This document shows positions 21,639-30,973 of a stretch of 64,000 nt of DNA, in pieces. The notes beneath the pieces are model-generated. The model was not told the DNA's origin and did no database searches. It saw only the letters and a list, made by a program, of their open reading frames with translations. A program made the translations under genes and the position numbers. The DNA is from an uncultured Planctomycetaceae bacterium (GTDB taxonomy: Bacteria; Planctomycetota; Planctomycetia; Planctomycetales; Planctomycetaceae). Position 1 is the first letter of the stretch; every line of letters starts with the position of its first letter. Location: positions 128,001 through 192,000 of the forward strand of contig CAWFGE010000019.1 in the NCBI GenBank assembly GCA_963815195.1. The letters are read 5' to 3'.

Positions 21639-24434
21639 TCATTTCGCATTGTTGGGGAGGTCGATCAAATAGGCCCGGCCGTCGTTGGCGGCGACGGCGA
21701 GCTGGTCGCCTTCGGGGTTATAGGTCGCGGAGTAGAGCACGATCGGCAGATCGCTCGAGTACAGCGGTTTTTCCTGGCCGGGCTTCCAGACATTCAATGT
21801 GCCCGCATACCCCGCCGAGAGCAAGTGATCGCCCTTCGGGCTAAACTGCACGCGGTAGATATCATCTTTGTGGCCGCTGAAAACGCTAATCGGCGCGGGG
21901 TTGTTCACATCCCAGAGGAACACCTTGCGGTCATCGCCCAGGCCCACGCCCGCGGCGGCGAGGCGTTTGCCGTCGGGGCTGAAGGCCACGCTGTAAACGG
22001 CGTATTCCGGACCTTCGAAGCTGCGGACCTCGGCCCCGGTTTCGACGTTGATCAGCCGGACGGTCTTGTCGCCTCCGCCGGTCGCCAGAAGTTTGCCGTC
22101 GGGACTGAAAGCCACGCTATACACCTCGCCGCCTTGGGTGGAGAGGGTTTTGATCTGCTTGGGCTGTTCCATGTCCCACAGCCGGACGGTCTTGTCCGCC
22201 GATGCCGAGGCCAAGAGCTTTCCATCGGGGCTGAAAGCCAGGCCGTAAATCTGCGAGCCATGCCCGGTCAACGTCGCCGTCGCCCCGGCGGCGGCGATGG
22301 CCCAGGTCTTCAGCGTGCCATCGGCGGAGGCGCTGAGCGCGGTGCGGTTGTCCGGCAGGAAGACCAGGGACGAGACGGGTTTCGTGTGTGCGGTCAGGCT
22401 TTGGGCGACGTTCCGCGACGGCGGCTCGGCCGGCTGCGGGTTGGGTGGTTCCGGATCGTAATTGCGGATGATATTGTCCGCACCCGCGGCGATCAGTTTT
22501 TTGCTGTCGGGGCTAAAAGCGATTTCCGTCACCGCCGCGGGCGTGGGGATCTTATATTGCATCTGGGCGTTGTTGACGTTCCAGATGATCAAAGTCTTGT
22601 CTTCGCCGCCGGCCGCGATTTGCTGGTTGTTTGGACTGAAGGCGACGCTCAACACGGCTCCCTGATGGCCGGGGAACTCGCGGAAGGGCGAAAAGTTCCC
22701 GGCGTTCCACATCTTCACACTGCCTTCCGGCCCGGTCGTCGCGCAGTAATCGCTGGCGGAGCGAATCGCCAGATCGACGATGCCTTTTTCCTCGGCGAGC
22801 TGCACGGCTTGCACCGCCAGGGTTTCGGCGAAGAGGTCTTTGTTTTTGCCGCCGGTGACGACGGTGCGGTTGTCGGTGGACATCGCCGCGACCACCCGGC
22901 CTTCCGAACGGACAAATGCTTGCTGCTCGTCGCCTTTATTGACATCCCACAGGCGGGCCGTGCCGTCGCCCGCGGACGAAAGCAGCCGCTGGTTGTCGCG
23001 GGTGAACTCGACCGACACCGGCTTCTCGGAATGCCCTTCGAACGTATTGAGCAGTTTGCCGTCGCCGAGGTTGTAGGTGCGGATTTTCTTGTCGTCCCCG
23101 CCCGCGGCGATCCAGGCGGAGTTGAAGGACACCGCCACAGAGGACACCGGCGTGCCCACGTCAATCTTTCGGACTTCCTTCCCGTCGCCGGCGTTCCACA
23201 CGCGGACGGTCTTGTCCGCCCCGGCCGTGATGATGTTCGCGCTGTTGGGCGAATAGCACACGCCGGTGACCGCTCCCTGATGGCCTTTCAGCTCGCGAAT
23301 CTCCGTGCCGTCGGCGATCTTGTAGATTTTGACGATGCCCGAGGCATCGGCGGCGGCGAGTTCCTGCTGATTGGGATGCACCGCGACCGCGGTAATCGCC
23401 CCGGCTTGCGCGGGGAAGGCTTTGACGAGCTGGCCGTTGTTGATGTCGAACAGCCGGGCGATTTTGTCGTCGCATCCCGTCGCCAGGTGCACGCTGTTGT
23501 TGCTGAAGGCGAGGGCCGTCACCACGCCGCCGTGGCCTTCCAGCATTTGGAGTTGCTTCTGGTTGCCGAAGTCCCAAATCCGCACGGTCTTGTCGTCGGA
23601 CGAAGACGCCACGCGCGCGTTGTTCGGACTGACGGCGATCTGCTGGATCGCCTCTTGATGCCCGGCGAAGGTTTTGACGTCTTGAAACTGATTGGGCCAG
23701 CGTTTGAGGAGCCCATCCCGCCCGGCCGAGAGGAAAAACGAATTGTTCGGTGCCCAAGCGAGGCCGCTGATTGGGCCGGTGTGCGCGCCCAGGACCGCGA
23801 GTTCCTTGCCGTCGGCCGCTTGGAACACCCGCACCACGCCGGTGTCGTCCGCGGAGACGATTTGCTGGTCGTCCTTGCGGAAGGACACGTGCGTGACCGG
23901 GGCTTCGTGGCCTTTGAACTCGCGAATGAGCTTTCCCTCCTCGGCGTTCCAGAGCTTGACGAGTTTGTCCTTCCCGCCGGTGACGTATTGCTTGCCATCT
24001 TTGTTCGCGTCCACGCAGGTCACGCCGCCGGCATGCGCGTCCAATGACGCGGTGGGATCGGTGACCGGCACGTCCCACAAGCGGATCGTGCGGTCGGAAC
24101 TTCCGGAGGCGATCCGCGACCCGTCGGGCGAGATTGCGAGCGAAAGCACGATTTCCGTGTGCCCGTCCATCGTCCGCACGGCTTTGTGAGTTTTGGGGTT
24201 CCAGAGCTTGAGGGTCTTGTCGAAACTGGCCGTCACCAGCCACCGGCCGTTGGGCGTAAACGCCGCCTGATACACGGGATCGGTGTGCCCGGTGAGGACG
24301 TTCGGCTCCTGCCCCATCGCCCCGGAAATTGCTGCCGCCGCCAATACCACCGCTCCGGAATACAGGATGCGACGAGAATGGGAAAATCGCCGGGACCGGC
24401 TCGGGCGTGGGGATGAATGATGTGCGGGCTTCAT
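21639..24434 (-). CDS. Secreted/periplasmic WD40-repeat protein, 21 repeats
   Basis: GH...FSPDG...D.TVRLWD-type repeats, counted by eye as 21; basic N-region plus hydrophobic signal segment; RBS GAGGGAG. Confidence 0.95.
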   Translation of the reverse strand: MKPAHHSSPRPSRSRRFSHSRRILYSGAVVLAAAAISGAMGQEPNVLTGHTDPVYQAAFTPNGRWLVTASFDKTLKLWNPKTHKAVRTMDGHTEIVLSLAISPDGSRIASGSSDRTIRLWDVPVTDPTASLDAHAGGVTCVDANKDGKQYVTGGKDKLVKLWNAEEGKLIREFKGHEAPVTHVSFRKDDQQIVSADDTGVVRVFQAADGKELAVLGAHTGPISGLAWAPNNSFFLSAGRDGLLKRWPNQFQDVKTFAGHQEAIQQIAVSPNNARVASSSDDKTVRIWDFGNQKQLQMLEGHGGVVTALAFSNNSVHLATGCDDKIARLFDINNGQLVKAFPAQAGAITAVAVHPNQQELAAADASGIVKIYKIADGTEIRELKGHQGAVTGVCYSPNSANIITAGADKTVRVWNAGDGKEVRKIDVGTPVSSVAVSFNSAWIAAGGDDKKIRTYNLGDGKLLNTFEGHSEKPVSVEFTRDNQRLLSSAGDGTARLWDVNKGDEQQAFVRSEGRVVAAMSTDNRTVVTGGKNKDLFAETLAVQAVQLAEEKGIVDLAIRSASDYCATTGPEGSVKMWNAGNFSPFREFPGHQGAVLSVAFSPNNQQIAAGGEDKTLIIWNVNNAQMQYKIPTPAAVTEIAFSPDSKKLIAAGADNIIRNYDPEPPNPQPAEPPSRNVAQSLTAHTKPVSSLVFLPDNRTALSASADGTLKTWAIAAAGATATLTGHGSQIYGLAFSPDGKLLASASADKTVRLWDMEQPKQIKTLSTQGGEVYSVAFSPDGKLLATGGGDKTVRLINVETGAEVRSFEGPEYAVYSVAFSPDGKRLAAAGVGLGDDRKVFLWDVNNPAPISVFSGHKDDIYRVQFSPKGDHLLSAGYAGTLNVWKPGQEKPLYSSDLPIVLYSATYNPEGDQLAVAANDGRAYLIDLPNNAK

Positions 24435-24536
24435 ATGGCAGTCTCCCTCAGTTCGCGGAATTGCCCAATGTGTTCTTTTTCGCATCCTGTCATACAAGCC
24501 GGCCCGCGTCAACGTAACAGCAAACCGGCGGCGTTG

Positions 24537-24565
24537 TTGAACGCCTCTTCGGATTCCCCTATAAT
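24537..24565 (+). promoter_or_regulatory. Near-consensus sigma70 promoter
   Basis: TTGAAC (24537-42), 17-nt spacer, TATAAT (24560-65) in an AT-rich patch 50 nt upstream of a small ORF. Confidence 0.8.
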
Positions 24566-24615
24566 GAATCCCTCAACAATCAAAACACTTTTTATCGCAA
24601 AGGACTTTTGACCGC

Positions 24616-24705
24616 ATGGGAACGAAGAAATCGGGAAAAGGGCGGCGCAAACTGGGGCGAAAAAAACGGCGAAACCGCAGCAAGATTCGCCACCGCAAAG
24701 GCTAA
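24616..24705 (+). CDS. 29-aa extremely basic protein MGTKKSGKGRRKLGRKKRRNRSKIRHRKG (candidate small ribosome/RNA-binding protein)
   Basis: Translated by hand; AAAGGA RBS upstream, promoter upstream, hairpin plus T-run downstream; below the ORF track's length cutoff. Confidence 0.75.
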   Translation: MGTKKSGKGRRKLGRKKRRNRSKIRHRKG

Positions 24706-24707
24706 AA

Positions 24708-24740
24708 GTCGCCCTTCGCTCCGCGAAGGCCGCGTCTTTT
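24708..24740 (+). terminator. Probable intrinsic terminator
   Basis: CCTTCGC-TCC-GCGAAGG stem followed by TCTTTT, right after the small ORF stop. Confidence 0.55.
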
Positions 24741-24913
24741 CACCACTCTGACACCCTTCGATATTTTCGACGACACCAATGCGAACGTCGCCCCGGCAAG
24801 CGTGGTGCCCGAGCCTGCGGGCATGGCCCTTGTGGGGGTGGGACTCGCGCTGCTACTGTTGGGGGGGAACTTTCTTGCGGAAGCGTCACCCTCTCGTCAA
24901 GGCGGAAAGCTAG
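24740..24913 (+). pseudogene. Orphan PEP-CTERM sorting tail (gene remnant)
   Basis: Reads TNANVAPASVVPEPAGMALVGVGLALLLLGG; a 1-nt shift in the G7 run gives TFLRKRH...stop; no convincing RBS/start upstream in frame. Confidence 0.6.
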
Positions 24914-25225
24914 GCGAGGGATCGGTCGTGTTCCAAACACGGACCGACACCCTGACCTAGGCTTCGACTGTTTGAGGAAAAAGAAACGTCCTCCCTGGAA
25001 GGCGGGTATCATCAGGCCCCCGACCGTTGGAGGATGGTTTCTTGCGCGGACCGTTGTTCCCTGTGACGTACCTGCAAGGTCTGAAAAAGCCGTTCCGGGT
25101 CATCCGCACTCGCCGGTGCCGGCCCCAATGCCCGGGTCCCAGGTCGAAAATCGGGGACGATTCGAGTAATCTCTAAGTCAAAGATCTCAGGGAGGATTGA
25201 TTGGTTCTTGGCTTGGAGAATCCCC

Positions 25226-28200
25226 ATGAAATGCACGTTGTGGATGTTGCTGACCGGCTGGGCGTGTTTGTGTTGGATGGAACCGATTGTTCGTGGCGAC
25301 GAATTCGCCGCTTCGCTGCCCAGCGGCGTCGGGGCCGTTTGGGACGCGAACAAAGCCTTTCGCGAAACAACGCCCACGCGGGAGCGGATCTGCATCAACG
25401 GCCTGTGGCGCTGGCAGCCCGCCGATGCGGAACCAAAACAGCCGCCCGCCGGGGGTTGGGGGTTCTTCAAAGTCCCCGGCTCCTGGCCGGGAATCGCGAA
25501 CTACATGCAGAAAGATTCCCAGACGGTTTTCTCGCATCCGAATTGGAAAGACCAACGGCTTTCCGAAGTTTCCGCGGCGTGGCACGAGCGCGAGATCACC
25601 ATCCCCGCCGAATGGAAAGACCGCCGTGTTGCGGTTTCGGCCGAGTACCTCAACTCGTTCGCGGTCGCGTATGTCGATGGAAAGCGGGCCGGCGAATTGC
25701 ATTTCCCCGGCGGGGAACTCGATCTCACTTCCTTCTGCCGGCCCGGGAAAACGCAACGCCTGACGTTGCACGTGGCGGCCTTGCCGCTCAAAGGGGTGCT
25801 GCTTTCTTATAGCGACAGCAACTCGGCCCGCGAGGTGCGAGGGCAGGTCGATCGCCGGGGTCTGTGTGGCGATGTGTTCCTCGTCGCTTCGCCGGCGGGC
25901 GAGTCCATCACGGATGTGAAAATCGACACCTCCGTTTCCAAAGGGCAAATCCGCTTTGAAGCGGAGCTATCCGGATTGGCTGCTTCAAAACGATATTCGC
26001 TCCGGGCTTTGATAACGAAAGACGGCAAAACGGTCCGCGAATTTGAAAGTCCGCCATTTCAAACCGGCGATCTCGAACGGGGACGGTCGGCTTTCACGGC
26101 GGACTGGAAACCGGAACAACTTTGGGACATTCATACGCCGCAGAATCAGTACGAGATTTCGCTCACGCTAAACGACGCCGACGGCAAACGCATTGATACG
26201 TTTTTCCGCGAGCGGTTCGGCTTCCGCGAGTTTTGGATCGACGGCAAAGATTTTTATCTCAACGGCAGCCGGATTTTTTTATCCGCCGTGCCTTTGGACA
26301 ATGCCCAGATTGGGGCGGCATTGGCCAATTATTCCGCGGCCCGCGAAAGTCTAAGACGGCTGAAGAGCTTCGGCATTAACTTTGTTTACACGCACAACTA
26401 CGGCTGCCAGCCGGGTTCGCATTTGAGCTTCGCGGAAATCCTGCGGGCGGCGGATGATGAGGGCATGCTCGTCGCCCTCTCGCAGCCGCACTTTTCGCAT
26501 TACGACTGGCAAGCGAAAGACGCCGACCAAAACAACGGCTACGCCCGGCACGCGGAGTTTTACGTCCGCGAGGCGCAGAACCATCCCGCCGTCGTGGCCT
26601 ATGCGATGAGCCACAACGCCTTGGGTTATGGCGAGGACATGAATCCGGACAAGATCGACGGCCGGATCGATCCCCGCAGCGGCCGCTATGAGAAAAACAA
26701 CGCCGACCGCGCGTTGCGGGCCGAGGCGATCGTCAAAGGCTTCGATCGGGCGCGAATCGTCTATCATCACGCCGGCGGCAATATCGGCGCGCTGCACAGC
26801 GTCAACTTCTATCCCAACTTCGTCCCGATTCAGGAGATGTCCGACTGGTTCGGGCATTGGGCGAAGGTCGGCGTGAAGCCGGCGTTTCCTTGCGAGTACG
26901 GAGCACCGTTCCTCTGGGACTGGGGCATGTACCGCGGCTGGTACCAGGGCGAGCGGGAATTTGGGAGTGCCCAGGTGCCCTGGGATTTCTGCCTCGCCGA
27001 GTGGAACTCGCAGTTTCAGGGCGATCAGGCGTTCCAGATCAGTGAAGCGGAAAAAGCCAACCTCCGCTGGGAAGCGGCCCAGTTCCGCGCGGGCCGGCTG
27101 TGGCATCGCTGGGATTATCCGCACCGGTTGAGTTCGAACGACTTCGATGAGCGCTACCCGATCATCGCCCGCTACATCACCGACAACTGGCGGGCGTTTC
27201 GCACATGGGGTCTTTCGGCGTTTTCGCCATGGGAGCACGGGCAATACTGGAAGCTCAAGCCCGGAGTGGACCGCGGCCGGCGCAAGCTGCCCGTCGATTG
27301 GCAGAACCTCCAGCGGCCCGGATTCAGTCCGGATTATCTCGATGAGCGGTACGAGCGGATGGATCTCGCCTATAAGCAAAATGACTGGGAACCCACGCCC
27401 GCCGCGGAAGCGCTCATTCGCAACAATCGCCCATTGCTCGGTGACATTGCCGGCAAACCCGCCGCCTTCACCAGCAAGGATCATCTCTTCGTTCCGGGCG
27501 AAACCTTTGAGAAGCAGGCGATCGTCATCAACAATTCCCGCGGGCCGGTGGACTGCGACTGCGCTTGGTCATTCAATCTTCCCAAGAACGTTATCGGCCG
27601 CCAACACGTTTCCCTGCCGACCGGCGAGCAGGTGCGAATCCCGCTGAGCTTCAAACTCCCGAGTTCCACGCGGCCCGGTGAATACGAACTCAAAGCGGTT
27701 TTCAAATTCGGCGACGGCGAAACGCAAGAGGATTCGTTCAAAGTCCACGTGCTGCCTTCCGCGGAAATGCCGTTGCCCAACGGCAAGATCGCCCTGTTCG
27801 ATCCGCAAGGGGAAACCGCGGCTCAACTGAAATCCGCCGGGGTTCCTTATCAAAGCATTAAAGCCGATGCGGATTTGGCCAACTACGATCTGTTGATTGT
27901 CGGGAAGAATGCCTTGACGGTGGCCGGCCCCGCGCCGGACATCCGTCGCGTGCGGGAGGGTCTCAGGGTGATTGTGTTCGAGCAGACCTCGGCCGTCTTG
28001 GAACGGCGGTTTGGCTTCCGCGTGGCCGAGTATGGATTGCGGTGGGTGTTCCCGCGCGTTCCCGGTCATCCGCTGTTGGCGGGCTTGAAGGAAGAGCACC
28101 TCCGCGATTGGCGAGGCTCGGCCACAATTCTCCCGCCCACGCTCCACTATGAAATGCGGCCCCGGCACGGCCCGACGGTGCGGTGGTGCGGGATCGAAGT

Positions 28201-29122
28201 TTCCAGGCTCTGGCGGTGCGGCAACCGCGGGAACGTGGCTTCGGTGTTGATCGAAAAACCGGCCTGTGGCGATTTTCGCCCGATCGTGGATGGCGGTTTC
28301 AGCCTGCAATACAGCCCGCTCATGGAATACCGCGAGGGCCGGGGGCTGATCCTGTTTTGCCAGTTGGACGTGACGGCTCGCAGCGAAACGGATCCCGCCG
28401 CCGAGACGCTGTGGCGGAATGTCTTGGCGTATGCTTCCTCCTGGAAGCCCGCTCCAAGCCGCGGCATCGTGTACGTGGGTGAAGAGGCCGGCCGAAAGCA
28501 CCTGACCGCGGCGGGATTCCCACCCCAGCCCTACGAAGGCAAACTCTCCGCAGACCAAGTCCTCATCATCGGCCCCGGCGGAGGAACCACCCTGGCCAAG
28601 GACAAAAAAGCCATCGCGGATTGGCTCCAATCCGGCGGCCGCTTGCTCGCCATCGGTTTGGACCAGTCGGAATTGCAATTCCTGCCAATTAAGGTCGCTA
28701 CGAAAAACCGCGAGCACATCGCCGCCTATTTTGAACCGCCCGCCTCCGATTCGCTCTTCAGCGGAATTGGTCCCGCGGATGTTCACAACCGCGATCCCCG
28801 GCGGTTGCCGCTGATCGTTACGGGAGCGAAGATTCTGGGCGACGGCGTGTTGGCTCAAGCGGACGGCGGCGACATCGTTTTCTGTCAAATGGTTCCCTGG
28901 CAGTTCGATTCCGCCAAACCGCAGAACGTAAAAAAGACCTTCCGCCGGTCTGCGTTTCTGGCGACGCGATTGCTCGCCAATCTCGGGGCCGCCGCGAAGA
29001 CGCCGCTTATCGAGCGATTCCAGACTCCGTTCGCCGGCGAAGCGGCCCCGCGCTGGCAAACCGGGTTCTATCTCGACCTGCCGGAAGAATGGGACGACCC
29101 GTACCGCTTCTTCCGCTGGTGA
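25226..29122 (+). CDS. Large secreted glycoside hydrolase family 2-like protein (~1298 aa)
   Basis: Signal peptide; INGLWRW sugar-binding domain; LWDIHTP..Y, FGFREFWIDGKDFYLNG, NHPAVV, PAFPCEYG; C-terminal DDPYRFFRW. Confidence 0.8.
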   Translation: MKCTLWMLLTGWACLCWMEPIVRGDEFAASLPSGVGAVWDANKAFRETTPTRERICINGLWRWQPADAEPKQPPAGGWGFFKVPGSWPGIANYMQKDSQTVFSHPNWKDQRLSEVSAAWHEREITIPAEWKDRRVAVSAEYLNSFAVAYVDGKRAGELHFPGGELDLTSFCRPGKTQRLTLHVAALPLKGVLLSYSDSNSAREVRGQVDRRGLCGDVFLVASPAGESITDVKIDTSVSKGQIRFEAELSGLAASKRYSLRALITKDGKTVREFESPPFQTGDLERGRSAFTADWKPEQLWDIHTPQNQYEISLTLNDADGKRIDTFFRERFGFREFWIDGKDFYLNGSRIFLSAVPLDNAQIGAALANYSAARESLRRLKSFGINFVYTHNYGCQPGSHLSFAEILRAADDEGMLVALSQPHFSHYDWQAKDADQNNGYARHAEFYVREAQNHPAVVAYAMSHNALGYGEDMNPDKIDGRIDPRSGRYEKNNADRALRAEAIVKGFDRARIVYHHAGGNIGALHSVNFYPNFVPIQEMSDWFGHWAKVGVKPAFPCEYGAPFLWDWGMYRGWYQGEREFGSAQVPWDFCLAEWNSQFQGDQAFQISEAEKANLRWEAAQFRAGRLWHRWDYPHRLSSNDFDERYPIIARYITDNWRAFRTWGLSAFSPWEHGQYWKLKPGVDRGRRKLPVDWQNLQRPGFSPDYLDERYERMDLAYKQNDWEPTPAAEALIRNNRPLLGDIAGKPAAFTSKDHLFVPGETFEKQAIVINNSRGPVDCDCAWSFNLPKNVIGRQHVSLPTGEQVRIPLSFKLPSSTRPGEYELKAVFKFGDGETQEDSFKVHVLPSAEMPLPNGKIALFDPQGETAAQLKSAGVPYQSIKADADLANYDLLIVGKNALTVAGPAPDIRRVREGLRVIVFEQTSAVLERRFGFRVAEYGLRWVFPRVPGHPLLAGLKEEHLRDWRGSATILPPTLHYEMRPRHGPTVRWCGIEVSRLWRCGNRGNVASVLIEKPACGDFRPIVDGGFSLQYSPLMEYREGRGLILFCQLDVTARSETDPAAETLWRNVLAYASSWKPAPSRGIVYVGEEAGRKHLTAAGFPPQPYEGKLSADQVLIIGPGGGTTLAKDKKAIADWLQSGGRLLAIGLDQSELQFLPIKVATKNREHIAAYFEPPASDSLFSGIGPADVHNRDPRRLPLIVTGAKILGDGVLAQADGGDIVFCQMVPWQFDSAKPQNVKKTFRRSAFLATRLLANLGAAAKTPLIERFQTPFAGEAAPRWQTGFYLDLPEEWDDPYRFFRW

Positions 29123-29154
29123 GCGTGCTGGAACAAGGGAACGCTTCGGGGAGT

Positions 29155-29756
29155 TTAGCGGTTGGCGACCGCGGAATCGCCGCGGGCGGCTTGGAGTTGA
29201 GCCATCCGGGTCTTGGCGGCGTCCGAGCCGAACTTGCTCGCAATCCGGTAATGCAGGCGGGCGACCGAGAGTTTGCCTTCCTGCTCCGCGCCTGTCCCAG
29301 CCGCCAGTATTTCTCCGCCTTGGAAAGCGTTTGCGGATCGGGCAAACGTTGCGGGAAAACCGGACCGTGTTCCGCCTGCAACTGGCTCCACGCGTGGCGG
29401 GCGTTTCCGGTCAATTGGGGATTCGCCGCCGGTGCGGCGGGAGCCTGGCCGAGCAGATACCGGTCCATCGCTTCAAAGTCGTGGATATAGACGTTGACGC
29501 TCATTCCCGTGTGCTGACGGTCGAAGCCATAATTGGTCCCCGAAGGAAGCGGCCCAAACGTTTTGCTGCCACTTCTCGCCGAGCTGATGCTTCCCAAATG
29601 CGCTGTGCCGCGATCCGGCACCGAAACCGTCGTCCCCACCGAGTTCACCCCGAACACGGGCTGCTGCACCGTCAACTGAGCCTGCCCCTGTCGCGGAGAA
29701 AAAACGAACCCCGCGAGTACAACGACAACCGCGAGTGCGATTCGGTTTGGGAACAT
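29155..29756 (-). CDS. Hypothetical exported protein with a TTVSVPD motif and short helical C-terminus; frameshift at ~29290
   Basis: RBS AAGGAG; signal peptide ending QAQ; VQQPVF...TTVSVPDRG; the two ORFs join at LGQ/AEQEGK. Confidence 0.65.
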
Positions 29757-29951
29757 GCTTCTACTCCTTAGTGCGGCGAGGGGTGCGTCGGGCCTCAACC
29801 CAATTCTCATGCTAAACCCTCAGCGGCGGGACATCAATTGGAATCCCCAAGTTTTCGCGGAGCGGGTGCAGGAATCTCGATGGTCGCAATTCACAAAATC
29901 ATGATTCAGTGATCATGGCGCCAAGCTGCCCAAAGCGGGAAGGCACCCGTT

Positions 29952-30723
29952 TCACCGCGCGGTCCAGCCGCCGTCCACGGTGACGAGGCTGCCGGTCATG
30001 TAGCTGGAAGCGTCGCTCGCCAGAAAAATCGCGGCCCCCTGAATCTCTTCCATCCGGCCCCACCGCTCCAAGGCGACCGCGCCGATGATGAATCTTTTCG
30101 TGTTCGCATCCTCGGCGATGGGTTCGTTCATCGGCGTCAAAAACGGGCCGGGGCAAATCGCATTGCAGGTGACGTTAAAGGGGGCGAGTTCCAACCCCAA
30201 GGCCCGGGTCATTTGCACGACTGCCCCTTTGCTGGCGGTGTAAGGCGTGCGGTCGGCAAGCCCCACCACGCCCAAAGTGCTCGCGAGGTTGACGATCCGC
30301 CCGGACTTCGCGGCCTTCATGTGAGGGACCACCGCCCGCGCACAGCCAGACGCCACCCACGTTGATGTCCTGCACTTTTTTGAAATCCTCATAACTCACC
30401 TCATCGATCGGCCCGCGAATGTTGACGCCGGCGTTGTTGATGAGGATGTCGATCTTCCCGAACTCGGCGAGCGCGCGGTCCGTCATCGCGGCCACGTCTT
30501 CGGGCGAGGTGACATCCGCACGCACGCCGAGGGATTTGTGTCCGAAGTCCTTGGCGATTTCCTCGGCGGCGGCCGCGGCTTCGCCTTCGGTCCGGCTGGC
30601 GAGCAGAACATCCGCCCCCGCCGACGCCAACCCCGCGGCCATCGCCAACCCCAGCCCCTTCGAGCCTCCCGTGACAATTGCGGACTTTCCGGTCAGGTCA
30701 AATAGCTTAATCCCAGGCAGCAT
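29952..30723 (-). CDS. Short-chain dehydrogenase/reductase (gluconate 5-dehydrogenase-like); frameshift at ~30341
   Basis: LFDLTGKSAIVTGGSKGLG, ILINNAG, YTASK, NAICPG, TGSLVTVDGG. Confidence 0.92.
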
Positions 30724-30833
30724 GATGTGATTCCTCAAGTTGAAAACAAGGCAAAGCGAACGATGAAACCGTCAACACACGAATTACACGAAATTCCACC
30801 CGCATTCACAACACAGCGCGGGTGATTTCATTC

Positions 30834-30942
30834 GCCGCAGGGCGCTAGCCCCGGTTCGCTTCTTGATGGTCGCCTGTGCCGACGATACACTCGATGCAAG
30901 CTTGGATCACATAGATTAGCCGTAGGGCGCTAGCCCCGGTTC
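30834..30942. repeat. Two direct copies of a 24-bp REP-like unit
   Basis: GCCGCAGGGCGCTAGCCCCGGTTC (30834-57) and GCCGTAGGGCGCTAGCCCCGGTTC (30919-42); the reverse complement shares the GGCTAGCGCC core with the 15004/16520 units. Confidence 0.8.
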
Positions 30943-30973
30943 ACTCGGATACTCCTGTTGGAGGAAACTGGCC

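Noticed and set aside
24616..24960. Readthrough fusion of the basic peptide to the PEP-CTERM tail
   Set aside because: TAA is an efficient stop, a terminator-like hairpin intervenes, and the fusion would lack a signal peptide; a shared frame arises by chance one time in three.
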